In this document: piece after piece, positions 26,501 to 40,300 of the stretch | Numbering within the stretch: position 1 is the first letter of the stretch | Layout: each line of letters opens with the position of its first letter | NCBI RefSeq assembly: GCF_000002075.1 | Contig: NW_004797759.1 | Coordinates: forward strand, 287,037-351,036 | DNA from: Aplysia californica | Lineage: Eukaryota | DNA: 64,000 nucleotides | Reading direction: 5' to 3' | Position numbers and translations under genes: made by a program | Notes under the pieces: generated by a model | Seen by the model: only the letters and a program-made list of their open reading frames with translations | The model's database searches: none | What the model was told of the DNA's origin: nothing

Positions 26501-29500
26501 GCATCTCAACTGACAGTTGGGAATACTCGATTAAGAAAAAACATACCTGTTTGGGAATTAAACTCACCTTTTCTGTGAGGAACAGCAAAGAGCCTAACCA
26601 CTACACCACAGTTAATTGCTGTTAGTGGGTGATAGGTGGGTGCTCTGATGTGGTTTGCTTCTTCTTTCCTATCAAACCTGTGTCGTCTATATTGCCCCTG
26701 CTCCTTCTTTTTTGTGTTTGTAACTCTTTTGCAACACCTCTAATCTTGAGGCTAAAACAGCACCTGGACATGGATGGCTGGTGCCTCTATAAATAAATCA
26801 TTGATGGTCTCTAATCTTGGGCACTTGTAGGACCTTCTTGTGTTGCAAGTGCCGCAAAACACTTACTGATGGCTCTTGTGGTCCAGAGGTTAAGGTGTTC
26901 AATAGGTCCTGGGTTCGAATCCGGATAGCAACGGAAATTTTTCTTCTAAAATTGTCTCTTTTCACTTTCACCTCCTTTCCTGCTCTCTAGCAATGTTCTG
27001 TCATCTGCTTTCGTCTCCACTTTCTTTCCCACTCACCTCCTTTGCACTTCCTCTGGGCTCCTGACTCTTTCTGCAGCCTTTCAAGTGCCACTCCTTAGCT
27101 TTTTCTTACTGCTGTCTTTCAGCCACACCCCTGATCTTCTGGTAGGAAAGATCTACACCTAGCCTTCTCGGACAAGGGCAAAAAATCTCGGGGGGTCCCG
27201 TGTGCAAGTTGTGTACGCTAAAGGTCCCTTGGTTGTCCAAAATCAATAAGAGTAGGCTTTTGGCCACCACCCGGGCAAAATTCAAAATTTCCTACCAACT
27301 GAAAATGTTTATTGCCTCCCCCCCCCCCCCCCCCTGCCCTCTCATCCGCTTTTGATGGCTGGCAGCTGTAATAGAGGAGCAACATGAATTTTTAAATGCT
27401 ATTACCGCTGTTCGGGCTTACTGTTCCCATAGTTAATTTTTTTTATTCCATACTACGATTTACTGATGTTTGTGGTTAGCAGTTAGATGATTCACTGTCT
27501 CTCGCTGGAGCCGTAACTTTAAATACCGAATGGAGAGCATTTTTGTTGAGTATATTGGTCTTTCTCCTGGAATGTAATATATCCCTTTTAGCCTGGGTTG
27601 ACCCTGACAGGCAGGAAGCCTGTCTCCTAAATGATCTAGATTGTGTGGATGGGGGCGTAAAAACACCTAATTAAAAAAACCAGAAGGCTACCTTTTTTGT
27701 TTTTTTGAATGTGAAATGGTATTCAGACCCAGCTCCCTTTACATATTTTTGCCACTCAATAAACCCGGGAGTTTCTATTTTACTGCTTTTTTTCAGGGCA
27801 CTATGCTTTCGTTGATGCATCGTATGGTAATGCTGGACAGAAAGCTCTATTCCTTACCCCAAGTTTTTCAAATGCTGGCAATGTACAAGCTTGCTTGACG
27901 TTCTACTACTACATGTATGGATCAAATGTTGGAACGCTGGATATTTTTTTAAAGGTAACTTTTTTCTTTTCATTTTGTGATGTTTATGAAGTAAATGTCT
28001 TGTGATAAATGGAAAACTTGTTTTTTTTCCTTCTTTTTACAAAATTGTACAAAGACAGAGTCATCAAGTTCAAATATGGGTCTATGCTGAACTATGATAA
28101 TAAATATGAGGTTATTTTCATTTCTGCGTACCAATCTGATCAATATGTTTTCTTAGGATGTGAGATGTGTAACTTGAATTGGTCATTTTAAAAATAATGT
28201 TTGGTTGGTTCTTAAATTATTTTTTTCTCAAAATGTGATTTTTCCTTTTTCGTGAACTGCAGAAAGTTACACCTTTTTTTTTTTACAAAAGCGGTTGACA
28301 TTTTTTGACAAACCGTGACATATCCTCTGTGCGTCAATCAAGTTCTTTTCTCAAGTCACATGACTTTGCTTGTGTTTGAAGAAAGTTTGTTGGCAGTTCT
28401 CTCCCTTTCCTATAGCATGAAAGTGTAAATTTCACACTTTCTCAGAAATGTGTGGAGACCTTATCAGTTTAAAGGATTTGAATCTAACGTTGATTTAATG
28501 AATTAACGAATATCAGCTAAGCCTTACATCACATTTACTCTAAGGCCCCATTTACACGTACATTTTATTGATCTGCAAACTGTAGGATATCGAAAGGATG
28601 GTCAGCATCCTGTCAACTTCCCGGTAAAACTGAGCCTGGAAATGAGCAATCCTCTTGATATCGAAGGGTTCTCAGTCCAACCTCCTGATATCTGGCAACA
28701 CCAGATATTTGCTGGCCGGCGAACAGAAGGCATGACGACGAGGGCACGACTTCTTTGATGTTGCCCCAGGCGGAGCTGAAAATGCTTTCCAAAATTTTCC
28801 TAAATATTGGTCAAATAGAAAAAAAAAAAGAAGAGTTTTATGATCAGCGATCCAAAATTAGTCAAATTCACGAAGGGAACACAATTTAATGCCGGATTAC
28901 CAAGTTAATTTTTTTTGGTTTAACTTTAACGATAAAAAAACAGTACGTCTAAATGGAACTTCTCTCGTCGATCGTCTGTCTGTTTAACGAAGACCCAGAT
29001 CTAGCGTCGGTCGATTAAACTATCAGTTTGTTGATGAATGAACTGTACATGTAAAGGGACCCTAAAACCCAAGCTGCTCAAGTTTATTCAGTAAATAGGT
29101 GAAGAACAGCCTAGGAATTTTCAGTTTTCTTAAAACCGGAAAAATGGTTGTATGTTGCATTTTGTTGCGAAACTGTTCATGTCTATGATTTTGTTTTTTC
29201 CAGACTGGAGGTTCTCTTGGCCCATCCTTGTACAATGAGACTGGAGACCACGGCCAGAGATGGATTATTGGTCAAGTGACTCTCCCTACAGCAGGACTGA
29301 CCAGTTCATATCAGGTGAATCTAATACAGTAGAGTCCACGAATCTTGAACACGAAAATCACTAATTCTTGGGTATATCGAACACAATGCTCAGTCCCGTT
29401 TCAGTCATTATGTTTTCTTTGAATTGACTTAATGGAGTTCCTGACCACTCGGAACACGTTACACTCGAATCTCGAGCGAATCCACTTCGCATTCTCAACT

Positions 29501-32500
29501 AAAGACTGGGCTCTACAGCCTTTCTGGCTGCAAGTAGGTGTTTCTTTGTTACTGTTACAGCTAAAACGGGGTCCTTGTCTCACCACGAGAGGCTGGAGGA
29601 AGTGGGGAGGGGGAAGGGGGGTTTGGGGGTTGATGCTGACCGCACCACATGACTGGTTTGCCACGCGTGCAATCATGCTGTGGGACACGCGCTTTGCAGA
29701 TGGCGAGAGGCGTAACTTTCTGAAAGCCAATGAAATGAGAGGAAAGGAATGACGTGGGAGTCGGTTGTGCACACGTGAGATTTTCTGCTTTCCACTCTCA
29801 TTCATCTTCTTGCTTTCACACCATCAACACGTTCATCAAGGGAGCTAACCATGTTAATTGTTTTAGTGTACTTTTTTACCTCCCTTGATTTTCTCTCTAT
29901 TTATTTGTATTTTGGGCTTTCACGGACGTGACGAATTATGGAAATCTCAAACACTTTTTCCAATCCCCAACGAATTCGAGTTTCCTGTGTTTGACTGTAA
30001 ATAGATCTTGACATAAGTGAAGTCTGATAAAGCAGCAGTGTTTAACTCATTCGGTACGTATTATTTTCGGCTTGTGGACGAATTTTTTTTCGGGAGGGCG
30101 AATGAGATGATGACTAGTGGGCAGTTAAAAGGTCTTTGTGGCCACAAATTCAAATAAATATCAACGTATTATACACCAATATTTTCAGTATGGTTTGTAG
30201 AATACATCTGTAATGTTTATTTATGTATTTTTCAACTTTGGTTCCTGTAAGAGACGATTATGCAACACAATTTTGATTAGATGCGGATGAAATTTGAAAA
30301 TAAAAAATTAATAGTCTTTGCTGAAACTCAAAAAATATATTTGCACCTAGTCAAATTATGCATCAAAATAACCAAAAATGAATATAGAACTGGAAAATAT
30401 TGAAAAGTTTGCAGTTATTTACCTACATTCCATAATATTTGTACATTTTGAACATAACATCCGATATTGAAAAAAAAAAAAAAAAAAAAAATAATCTTGA
30501 AAAACGATCACAAACAGGAAAAACCCACTCGTATCTTATATGGAATTATTCAGAATTGCATTTGGAATAAACCTATACATGTCTTGAGAGGCACTTTTGT
30601 GTAATTTTATCAAAAAGTAGTGATTTTGGGGAGAAAAAACATATTTTGACAATTTAGATCTAGACCTAGATCTAGCACTCAAAAATATTGATTTCTCAAT
30701 AACAGTGCACTGGCAATATGAGTCCAATCGTATCAATATTATAAAAAAGAGTCGTACATTTCTTTAGTGGGCAAAATAATGATAGATTTTGTTGTGTAAA
30801 ATTACTAAGACTGGTGTCCGGGCTATAATTTTGGCATCGCGATAAAACAAGGTCGAATAAACTACGAAATTGCGTTTCAAAACTGATTCTAAATTTCCGA
30901 TTTTCAGTGGAAATGCTTGACCCGGAAGGGAACATTGTATTATGACCTTTATTTTAACATGGATATGTGGATTGGAATAGAATCTAAGCTAAATTTGAAG
31001 ATAGGTTCTCGAGCCGCCGGGGGCGCATAGCGTACTGACGGCACTTGACTCGCGCCGCCCCCCCCCACGGCTCGGCGTAGCGAATGAGTTAACAACATAA
31101 CTGTCCCCATTGTTTTATGCAAGAAAAATTCTGAAATTAGGCAAAATGAGCCCAAAAATGTGAAATTATGTGATTCTGTTAATTTTAACAAAGAATGAAG
31201 GAGAATAATCAGAAATTATGCAAAAAATTGTCAAATTTTGCTGAATTTTGCGGGGTGCATAAAACCACGGGGGACAGACATAAGAATAGGAACACTTCAC
31301 TTTGTTGAGATACTGTGTTTAATTCATATTGTTTTTTGTTGTTGTTTTTTTAGTATATCGACAGATAGTGGTTTACTAGACTGTACCATGTTTGGTGAAC
31401 TTTGCCAAAACATGAAAGTGTATTTGCCTGTATAACATACAGATGTTTAAATTCATGGTTTCAGTTTCTGGGTTAGTATTTTCTAAAGATATTTACCTTA
31501 GAGTGTAAAGGTCCTGAATTGATAGTTGACTGATATTTTGTATACTGTTTGATGAGAGGAGTAGTGATTGTAGCTGAAAACTGAAAAAGTTTGGATAAAA
31601 AGAAATCTCTATTAATCTTCTACTTTTAGCTATGAATGGTAATTTCATAAGGACATATTTTTTCAATCAAAAGAAGAGACTTTGTAGCACAGGGTATTTT
31701 TTAAGCTTTAAAATAATGATTTAGTACGTAGACCTACTCACACTCACTCATATTACCTTATTCTCGTCGAGAGTGCCGTAAAACAATTACCAACCCCCCC
31801 CCCAAAAAAAAACCCCAAACTTACTCAATCATTGAGGAAGGTAAATATAAATCTTTTTTTCTTTGCAGGTGGTTTTTCAAGGGGTTCGAGGCAATAGCTA
31901 CCAGGGAGACATTGCCATTGATGATGTAAAGATAACTGCAGGAAGTTGTCCTAATCCTGGTGAGGACTTTGCTTCTGTGTTGGCTAGAACTATAAAATCA
32001 AGTAGGCAAAATCATGAACCATCTTGTTCTCCTGAAGACGTGCGCAACCTCTATGGAGTGGAAATTTTATAGTTTTCATAGCTTTGGAACAATGTTTTAG
32101 GAAATATACAAAGTCCTAACAGTCCAGATGCTATCCAGCAGGGTGATTTTTGGTTGAAGCTATCTTACTTTTGAACATTTTGATGATGGAGAGCTCCAGC
32201 TTGTTTGCATTTATGAACTTCAGGTTTTGACAAAGAACATTTACTTCTTTTTTTTTTCTTTCACTTTTACAAAGAATTTCTGCATTTGACAATGGCTCCT
32301 CATTTTCAAACACTGAAGAATAGTTTTTGCTTCTATTTGTAATTGTACAAGGTATTTGTACATTAGTCAATGGTTCCTCAACTCTGGATTTTAAAGAATG
32401 GTACAAGTATTTACTTTCGCTTTCCCATTTACAAGGTATGCATGCTTTTGACAAAGGCTCCTCAAATTCAGATTTATAAGAACGATTATTAGGCCAATAA

Positions 32501-34257
32501 ATAATTGCCTTTATTTTCCCTTTTCCAAGGTACATGTGCATTTGACAAAGGCTTATGTACGTGGACAAACGCTGCCGCTGGGGATGACTCAGACTGGAGT
32601 AATGAACGCCCTGACCCTGCCAAGAAAACGCCGTCCGCTGATCATTCCACTTCAACAAATACAGGTCACAAACTTGATTATAATGTCACCTACTATCTTG
32701 ATTTTGAGTTACTTAAACTACACAGTAATCGCTTTCCTTGCTGCTTTTGGTTGCATTATTTTAAAAAAAGGTGAAATGGTATGGGTTTAACGCCCCTATC
32801 AACACTATTAGGTTATTTAAGGGGTGAGACCTCCTAGTTTAACGTCCATCTCCGATAGGACTGAGCCAAGTAGGAAGTTCGTGTAAAGTGCCTTTCCCAA
32901 GGACACAACGTCGGACCGAGATTTTAAAAGACACCTGTATTATCTCTACCCCTATGTTGATAGGGCTCCTTATATCTCGCCACATTTTACTACTTTCTAT
33001 TGTGCTGTTCATCTGCAATACATTTGTTGAAACTACTTGTGGTATTGTTATTTCACACTTTCACTATTGGAAATAAGTAGCGAAAAAGAAAAACATGAGA
33101 ACTATTGGTGTCACTTGCATTCTGTTATGCCATCACTCAAGAGGAAACATGTTTTTGTGCTATGTGGAATATACCTCATAAAAATAAAGGGCTCCACAAA
33201 ATTTATATAGATCTTTCTTTTCATCGTTTCTGCAAGCAATCAGCTCAAGTCCAAACATTTTTTTTTTACACTCTCCCAAAGCTCTATCAAAGGTGCACAC
33301 TTCAACCATAAAAAACCCAGATTAATGCTACGTTATCTGTGTGTGCCTCTTTTTCTTTCTTTTCTTTTGGTTTGAAGTGTCATTTTAACAGTTAGTAGAC
33401 AGGTTTCTCTTCTTATGCATCTTTTCCCTTTTCAGGTCTCTATATGTTCTTTACTAGTAACAGTAGCCTGTCAACTGGGAAGAAAGCCTGGTTGATTAGC
33501 GAGACTTTCCAACCCACATCTCCCTCAGGACGTTGCATGTCCTTTTGGTATTTCATGACTGGAAATGTGCAATCCACTCTGAACATCCGGATCCGAATCC
33601 CAGGTCAGTGCGTTTTGATAATAATAATAATAATAATAATGATAATAATAATAATAACAGTAATAATGACAATAATAATAATAATAATTATAATTATAAT
33701 AAAATATCAATAATAATGACAATAATATTGATAATAGTAATAAAAGTAATAATAATAATGATAATAATAATAAATAATAATAATAATTGTATTTATATAG
33801 CACATATCCATGACCCACAGCATATTATTACCCCCCAGCAGACCCTAGAACACTCAGAAACATTCTCAGCCTCCCTCGGAGCATACAGTGCAAACTGTGA
33901 ATTACACGCACTAAAACACTACCGAACTGACAAAGATCTTTGCTGTCTATAGCCAGATATATACCCGTTCTCACTAGGGTGAAGGGAGGAAAATTTGTGT
34001 AAAGTGCCTTTTCCAAGGACACAATGTCAGGCCTATGACGGGATTCAAACCCACGATCTTAGGGTTGTGAGTCCGAGAGCTTAACCCCTAGGCCACCAAA
34101 GCCACATAAGAGAAAAAGATTGTTTCTGAGTGTTCTAGGAACTGATGGGGTAATAGTGATTGTAAAGTGCACAGAGCATGCTGTTGAACGTATATATGAG
34201 ATATTAATATGCAACTATTATCATTAGATTTTTTATGTGAACCTAGAAAGGAGCTGT

Positions 34258-34315
<58 letters not shown>

Positions 34316-37300
34316 TGTTTGTGTGTGTGTGTGTGTGTGTGCGTGCCTGCGTGCGTGCATGTGTGCGGGTGTATGCATACATACATGCAGGTATGAGTAC
34401 TGTTTCCCTCATTAAATAGGGAAAAGTACTGGTGTAAACAATCTAATTTTGCTTCCAAAATATAAAATAAACAATAATATTTCTTGTCAGAACTATGAAG
34501 CCCTTGTCTTTGTGATTGGTGAATTTGGTCTTTGTAGTATTATATTATTACATAGTATTCTATTGAAACCCAATCCAGACTGGTAATAACAATTGAAACA
34601 CAGTTTGGCATTACTATTTTAGTAGGTGATTGGTGGGTGCACTGATGCGGTCTACTCCATCTTTCTCATCAATCATCTATTGTCCTTATCTATCCTCTTT
34701 CTTTTATTTGTATGTCACTGTCTAGTAACATCTCTAATGTGGATGGTTGGCGGGTGCTCTGGTGTGGTTTGCTTCTTCTTTTCCATCCATCGTCTTTATC
34801 TCCCCTCCTTCTTTTTAGTGTTTTTTTACTCTCTTGTAACACCTCTAATCTTCGGCACTTATATGACCTTATTGTGTTGCAAGTGCCGTAAAGCACTTAC
34901 TAAAAACTAAACTAACATCTCTAATCTTTGGCCCTTGTATGATGCATTTGTATTGCAAGTAACGTAAGACTCTTACTAAAGCCACTTACTATTTCCAGAT
35001 ATCAACAAAGATGAGTATGTATGGCAAATCAAGGACACCAACCAAGCCTCAAACTGGCAACAAGCCAGACTGCCAATTCCTGTGATCAGCCATGATTACA
35101 CTGTTGTCTTTGAGGGAGTTTACGGAGCAAAAACAACTAATCCTATTGGAGGCATAGGTTTTGATGATGTCAGCTTTACAGATTCTTCTTGTGCAAGTAA
35201 GTTATGTTCATCAAGTCAATTTGCAAATGTAGTTTTTTTTAGCTTTTATTTATTTTTGTGTGCTCTGTCTGTTAGCTGAGAAAGTCAGTATCAAATGTTT
35301 GAATTAATGGGAAAAGATAATAGAATTCCTCCCACATGGCTTATAAAAAATTTGCAGTAAAAATGTTTTTGAAGTATGAACAAAAATTTCTAGCTGAAAA
35401 TTGTGACTTTTTCTAAATTTTTCAGCACATTGACCTTTGAGTGTTGCTAATAAAAAAGCTAAAATTTAGAATTGAGATGTATCGTGGCAACAAAAATGCC
35501 TATCAAAATGAAACTTGCTAGGCCTAGACGTTGTACTCTGCCAGAATAAAAGCCATTCACCCGAAATAAAAGAAAATAAGTTTCAGGTTGTGTAGATGGA
35601 TAAATTTAACACATTACACCCTAAGGGTCTGGACGGGAAGTCCATTGTTAGATCCTAAGCAAGGGGAAGAAACCCACCTCCCGTGAATACAAGCGTTTAA
35701 AAAACAAAATAAAAAAATACTAAACAAATTCCCAAAATCCTGAAAAAATAAAAGTTAAAAAAAAGAAAAATGAATGTAGTTTCAGAAATATATATAACTT
35801 AATGTATGCACAAACTGTTGGAAATGTTCTTACTTAGTTCAATCGGGGTGTCCAACCTGTCACTCTTGCTCTCAGCCTCACGGTCGCGCCCTAGGTCTAA
35901 ATTCTAAGTTTTCTATGTCTATTCAATCTGAATCGCCCCAGACTCTTGCTACAATGTTTTCATCAAAATCTGAGTTTTCCGATTTGTCATATGCTTGTTT
36001 TTGCTCAAATCCATCGTTATTTCCTTTTTCAAACTCAATTGTGTCTCTTTTCAACAAGTCAAGACACCTTCGAAGTGTCGGTAACGCGATCGCACTTTGG
36101 TCGGCTCTAATACTTAAACTACTGGCCCGAAAAATTTAGTTTTGGTATCAAATGAAAGAAGAAACTTTTTGCAATAACTATGCAAATCAAAATCTCGGCC
36201 CCAGAGTCTCGTGAAGGCAAGACTTCGTTTCTAAAGACACTAGGTCAGCGCGGGCGGTTCCGGGCGAGTCAGGGTGGAGCACGTAAGGGAATTCGTGGGC
36301 GGTCCCGGATGTGTTATGTGTTAACATTGTCTAGTCTCATTGATTTCATCTTGTGTGGCTTATTCTTTTCTTATGATTTTTAATCTGATGCTGTCTCCTT
36401 TTTACATGGTCTGATCTAACTGGATCTCATCTGATCTAATATCATCTCATCCCCTCTCCTTTCTTCTTTCATAATCTCATCAGGTCTCATGTTGAATTAA
36501 TTTGAACTGATGATGCTCACGCATGGGCCTTTGTATTTGTGTTATCTGTTTTCTGAACAGTCCTCCCAGCAAACGCTGCTCCTTCCGCACAACCGAGCCA
36601 AAGGCCAACTCAAGTCACGGGAACTCCAACTGGTGCCATCAACTGTGACTTTGAGAAAGATTTCTGCGGCTGGGTCTCTGATACTGCAGCTCAGATACAG
36701 TGGAGTCGGAATGTCGGTAGTACCAGCTCAATAGGCACTGGTCCTTCTGGCGATCACACTAAATCTGGAGGTAAGATCTTGGTTAAAAAAATGTAGTTCA
36801 CGAGGAAAAAGTAAACTTGGACTTCCATTTAGAATTTACTTGATCTAGTGCGCAAATCTGGGCACACTTTGGGGGTTCATGGTGGGGCTGATGCTGTGAG
36901 ATATGGCAAAAAAAAGAAGGAAAAAAATCACATACTAACTTATTGCTCTCCTCAAGGACATTTGTGTAAAGTAAGGACTGAAAGAAAGATATTGCATTTA
37001 TATTGATATTTGCAGAGAAATCTGTATTCAATGAAATGAGAACAGTTGCTCGTGAACTGATATTTTCGAACAAACAATGCCATACTATTTCTAAGCTCCC
37101 AATGTAAAGTTTTCTTTGTAGCTAGGGTTAAACTTTGCACTGCATGAAGTTGTATTGGACGCGCTTTGACAAAAGCAAAATGTTGAACTTAACAGCGTTT
37201 GTAAGAAGTTTAGAGACTTGAGGAAGAGACTTTAGATTGGCATATCTCTTATTTGTCTGCGGAGAATGATTAATGTTTTATTGTTGTTGTTTTTTTTCAG

Positions 37301-40300
37301 CTGGTGGTTACATCTACATGGAAGCCTCTTCTAAAAGTTCTGGTGACAAAGCAAGAATATTAAGCCCCAAAGTGACTGCTGGCACTTACTGTCTCCAGTA
37401 AGTTTTTAGTCTTCAAGGCATCTGAGGCAAAAGTCATTTCAATTTGCTTGTTATCTTTTTCCATAGTTGGCTGCTGTTTGAGCTTTTTTGTCATGGTACA
37501 CTTTTTTGTTTGTATTTTTTTTTTAGATGGTTGCCTAAGAGGCTTTTCTTCTTCTTCTTATACAAGCTCTACTGAAATACATAATCTGTCAAAATTTTCC
37601 CTATAGATTTCCTTTTTCTTTTTCGAACTTACTAGGCGGAGTTGGTGGTCTTATAACAAACATTATATACGTGAGGCATCATTTTGAAATCAAGCAATCA
37701 TCAAAATACTGAAATTGAAGAAACAGGCATTTTTCTGCCAGTTGGCTTTAAAAAATGTTTGTTTGTTTTTTGGTCCAACACCCTTTATGTCTATATAAAA
37801 ACACATATGCGTGTGAATTTTGACTGAAACACGTTTATTAAAGGCATAAAACATGTAATTTTACTGTTTTCAAAGACTCTCAAGCTATTGAAGTTACCAA
37901 ACTTTGACGGCCATTTCCTCGCTAATTATACCACTGAAACTAGGTGACCACACCTTCAATCACAAATATCTGGAATTCTATTTAAAATAGATAGGTAGTT
38001 TTTTTCATTGAAAGCAAGAAAAATGAATAAGCTTTTAGATAACACCAGTAACTCCACGTGCCTCAAAAATTGATGAGCTCCTAACACATGTTGTCTGCCA
38101 GATGTTCAACTGTTCTCATCCCAGAAAACAGACTTGAAAATTTTTTTTTTAGTAGAGTTTTACGGCGCTTGCAACTGCATAAAGTCATATGAGTGCCAAG
38201 GGGTCTATGTCAACAGATAAGTCCTTACAGGGAATCAGGCTTACTCTGCTCACCTCCCTAGCTTCAACAGCACAAAGTCTGCTTCGACTATCAAAGCACC
38301 CTGGACCTGGAAATAGTGGGTCACACGAGTGTGACAACATAAAAAAGAAGTAGAGAAAAATGACGATAGTAAGGATTAGGATAGAAAAAGCAGCAGTTCC
38401 GCGTTGCAGTTCAGCCACAGTTATGAGTATGACATTGATGAATCAGCCCATTTACAATTTTACTGAGCAAAGAACATGTTAATGTCCCCCCTTTGGGAAT
38501 GGTCTAAAGACACTTCAGTTAGTAGCACAGCCGCAGGGGGGTGAATTAAAAAAAAAAATTAGAGAGAGAATGTTTCATTCTTTAAAGAACTGTACCTGGA
38601 ATCTAAATTATGTATTTTTTCTCACTTTCTTCAACATTTAGAATTTGAATTTCAACAAAATATTTCTCGAGCATATTATGCAGTGATACCACAGATCAAG
38701 AAACTGCATTACAAAATAAAAAATCAACCTTGGGCTTAGTCATGATGTGGTAGAATGAGAAATTCATCCTTTGTAACCCCCCCTCCCACTCCCCCCTTTG
38801 GTCACTCTTCATGAACTATGTCATCAAATTTCATTAAAAAGCGAAAGGAGAAAAAATTCTATTTGCTGTCTATGGTAATCATAGATGTGAGAATTAAGTT
38901 CACTGGTTAACTATTTATTGATTTCGTTGTTGTCCTTTTGACAGAAGAGTTTAATTAATGCTGTTTTTATCCGAACCTACTCAGATTTTATTTCAACATG
39001 AATGGACAAGATGTGGATAACCTGAACGTATACACTAAGACTGGCACTACGCTCCCTTCAGCACTGTGGTTCAGGCATGGTACACAGGGTAGCCAGTGGG
39101 TTTCTGCCTCAGTGGACATTTCAGTACCAATTGATTTCCAGGTAGGCTGCTCTGTCTATTTTGTTTTGCGTATATATATATAAACACACATGCAAACAGG
39201 GCACTCCTGTTAGCTGGGCTGTCATGCAGAATGCCCTAGTTCGAATTCTCAGTGGGGAGCTCTTGAATATTAGTTGTATTGCGGAGTTTTCCAGGCTCAT
39301 TCATTTACTGCGCTTGGTGTTATCAGAGACTGATGTGGAATTTAGAAGTCCTGCCTCTTAAATAACCTTACTGTGTTGAAAATAGTGTAAAACCCATACA
39401 GTTATCAGATAAATTATTACCGGTAATTACAAACAAATTCAGATGAGTAATTAATAGAGAATACAGTTATTGAATATAAGATTTCTTATGGTAACTAGCA
39501 ATAGTGTTTTTAAAACTTGATTGGAAAATACAGTCTTGCATGCACATAATGAACACACAGGTATTGAAATAGGCACATAGCAAAATGATTGTCATGTTCA
39601 AAATATTTTCTTATATGTGGGGCATCTGGTGTGAAATGAGGCCTTCGTCAAAATATTGAAATAGAAGAAAGAGGCATTTTTGTATTAGTTTGGTAAGTTT
39701 CATCGAATTTTTTTTTTTTTTTGCTCAACGCCTTTTATGTCTATAAAACAACACATTTCCATGTGAACTTTACTGAAAAATGTTGACTAAAGGCACAAAA
39801 CATGTAAACTTTCAGTTTTCATGGACTTTCATGCTATAGAAAGTACCAAACTTATGTGACCATTTTTTTCGCTTATATTACCTCCGAAACTAGATGACCC
39901 CCATCTACGTCAATTACAAATATCTCGACTTCTATTCAAGATCGATGGGTATTTTATTTTGGAAAGCAAGCAAATGAACAAATTTTAAAGTTATACCAAT
40001 GACTCTACGTTCACAAAAAGTGACAAGCGCCTGATTCCACCGGGTCATGAGACATAATAATAATGTATATTCATTGTATTTACAACCTGTACACAGCAAA
40101 ATTTGAAAATATCAAAAAGATCTGCGTCCCACTGATCTGGCTATGTGCGTGCTGGACTAGATATTGATTGTGGGACTATTGCACGTTGTACATGTAATAT
40201 AATATGTTAGGTATGCTGACAAAATGATTTACATGTCGGATTTTAGCCCTGTGGACATACATAGAGAAGTCAAATAATTTATAAGTTAAGTTTGTGAATT

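Noticed and set aside
29401-29805. Overlapping 134-aa and 106-aa ORFs
   Set aside because: They lie inside a TA-flanked MITE and have no recognisable motif.
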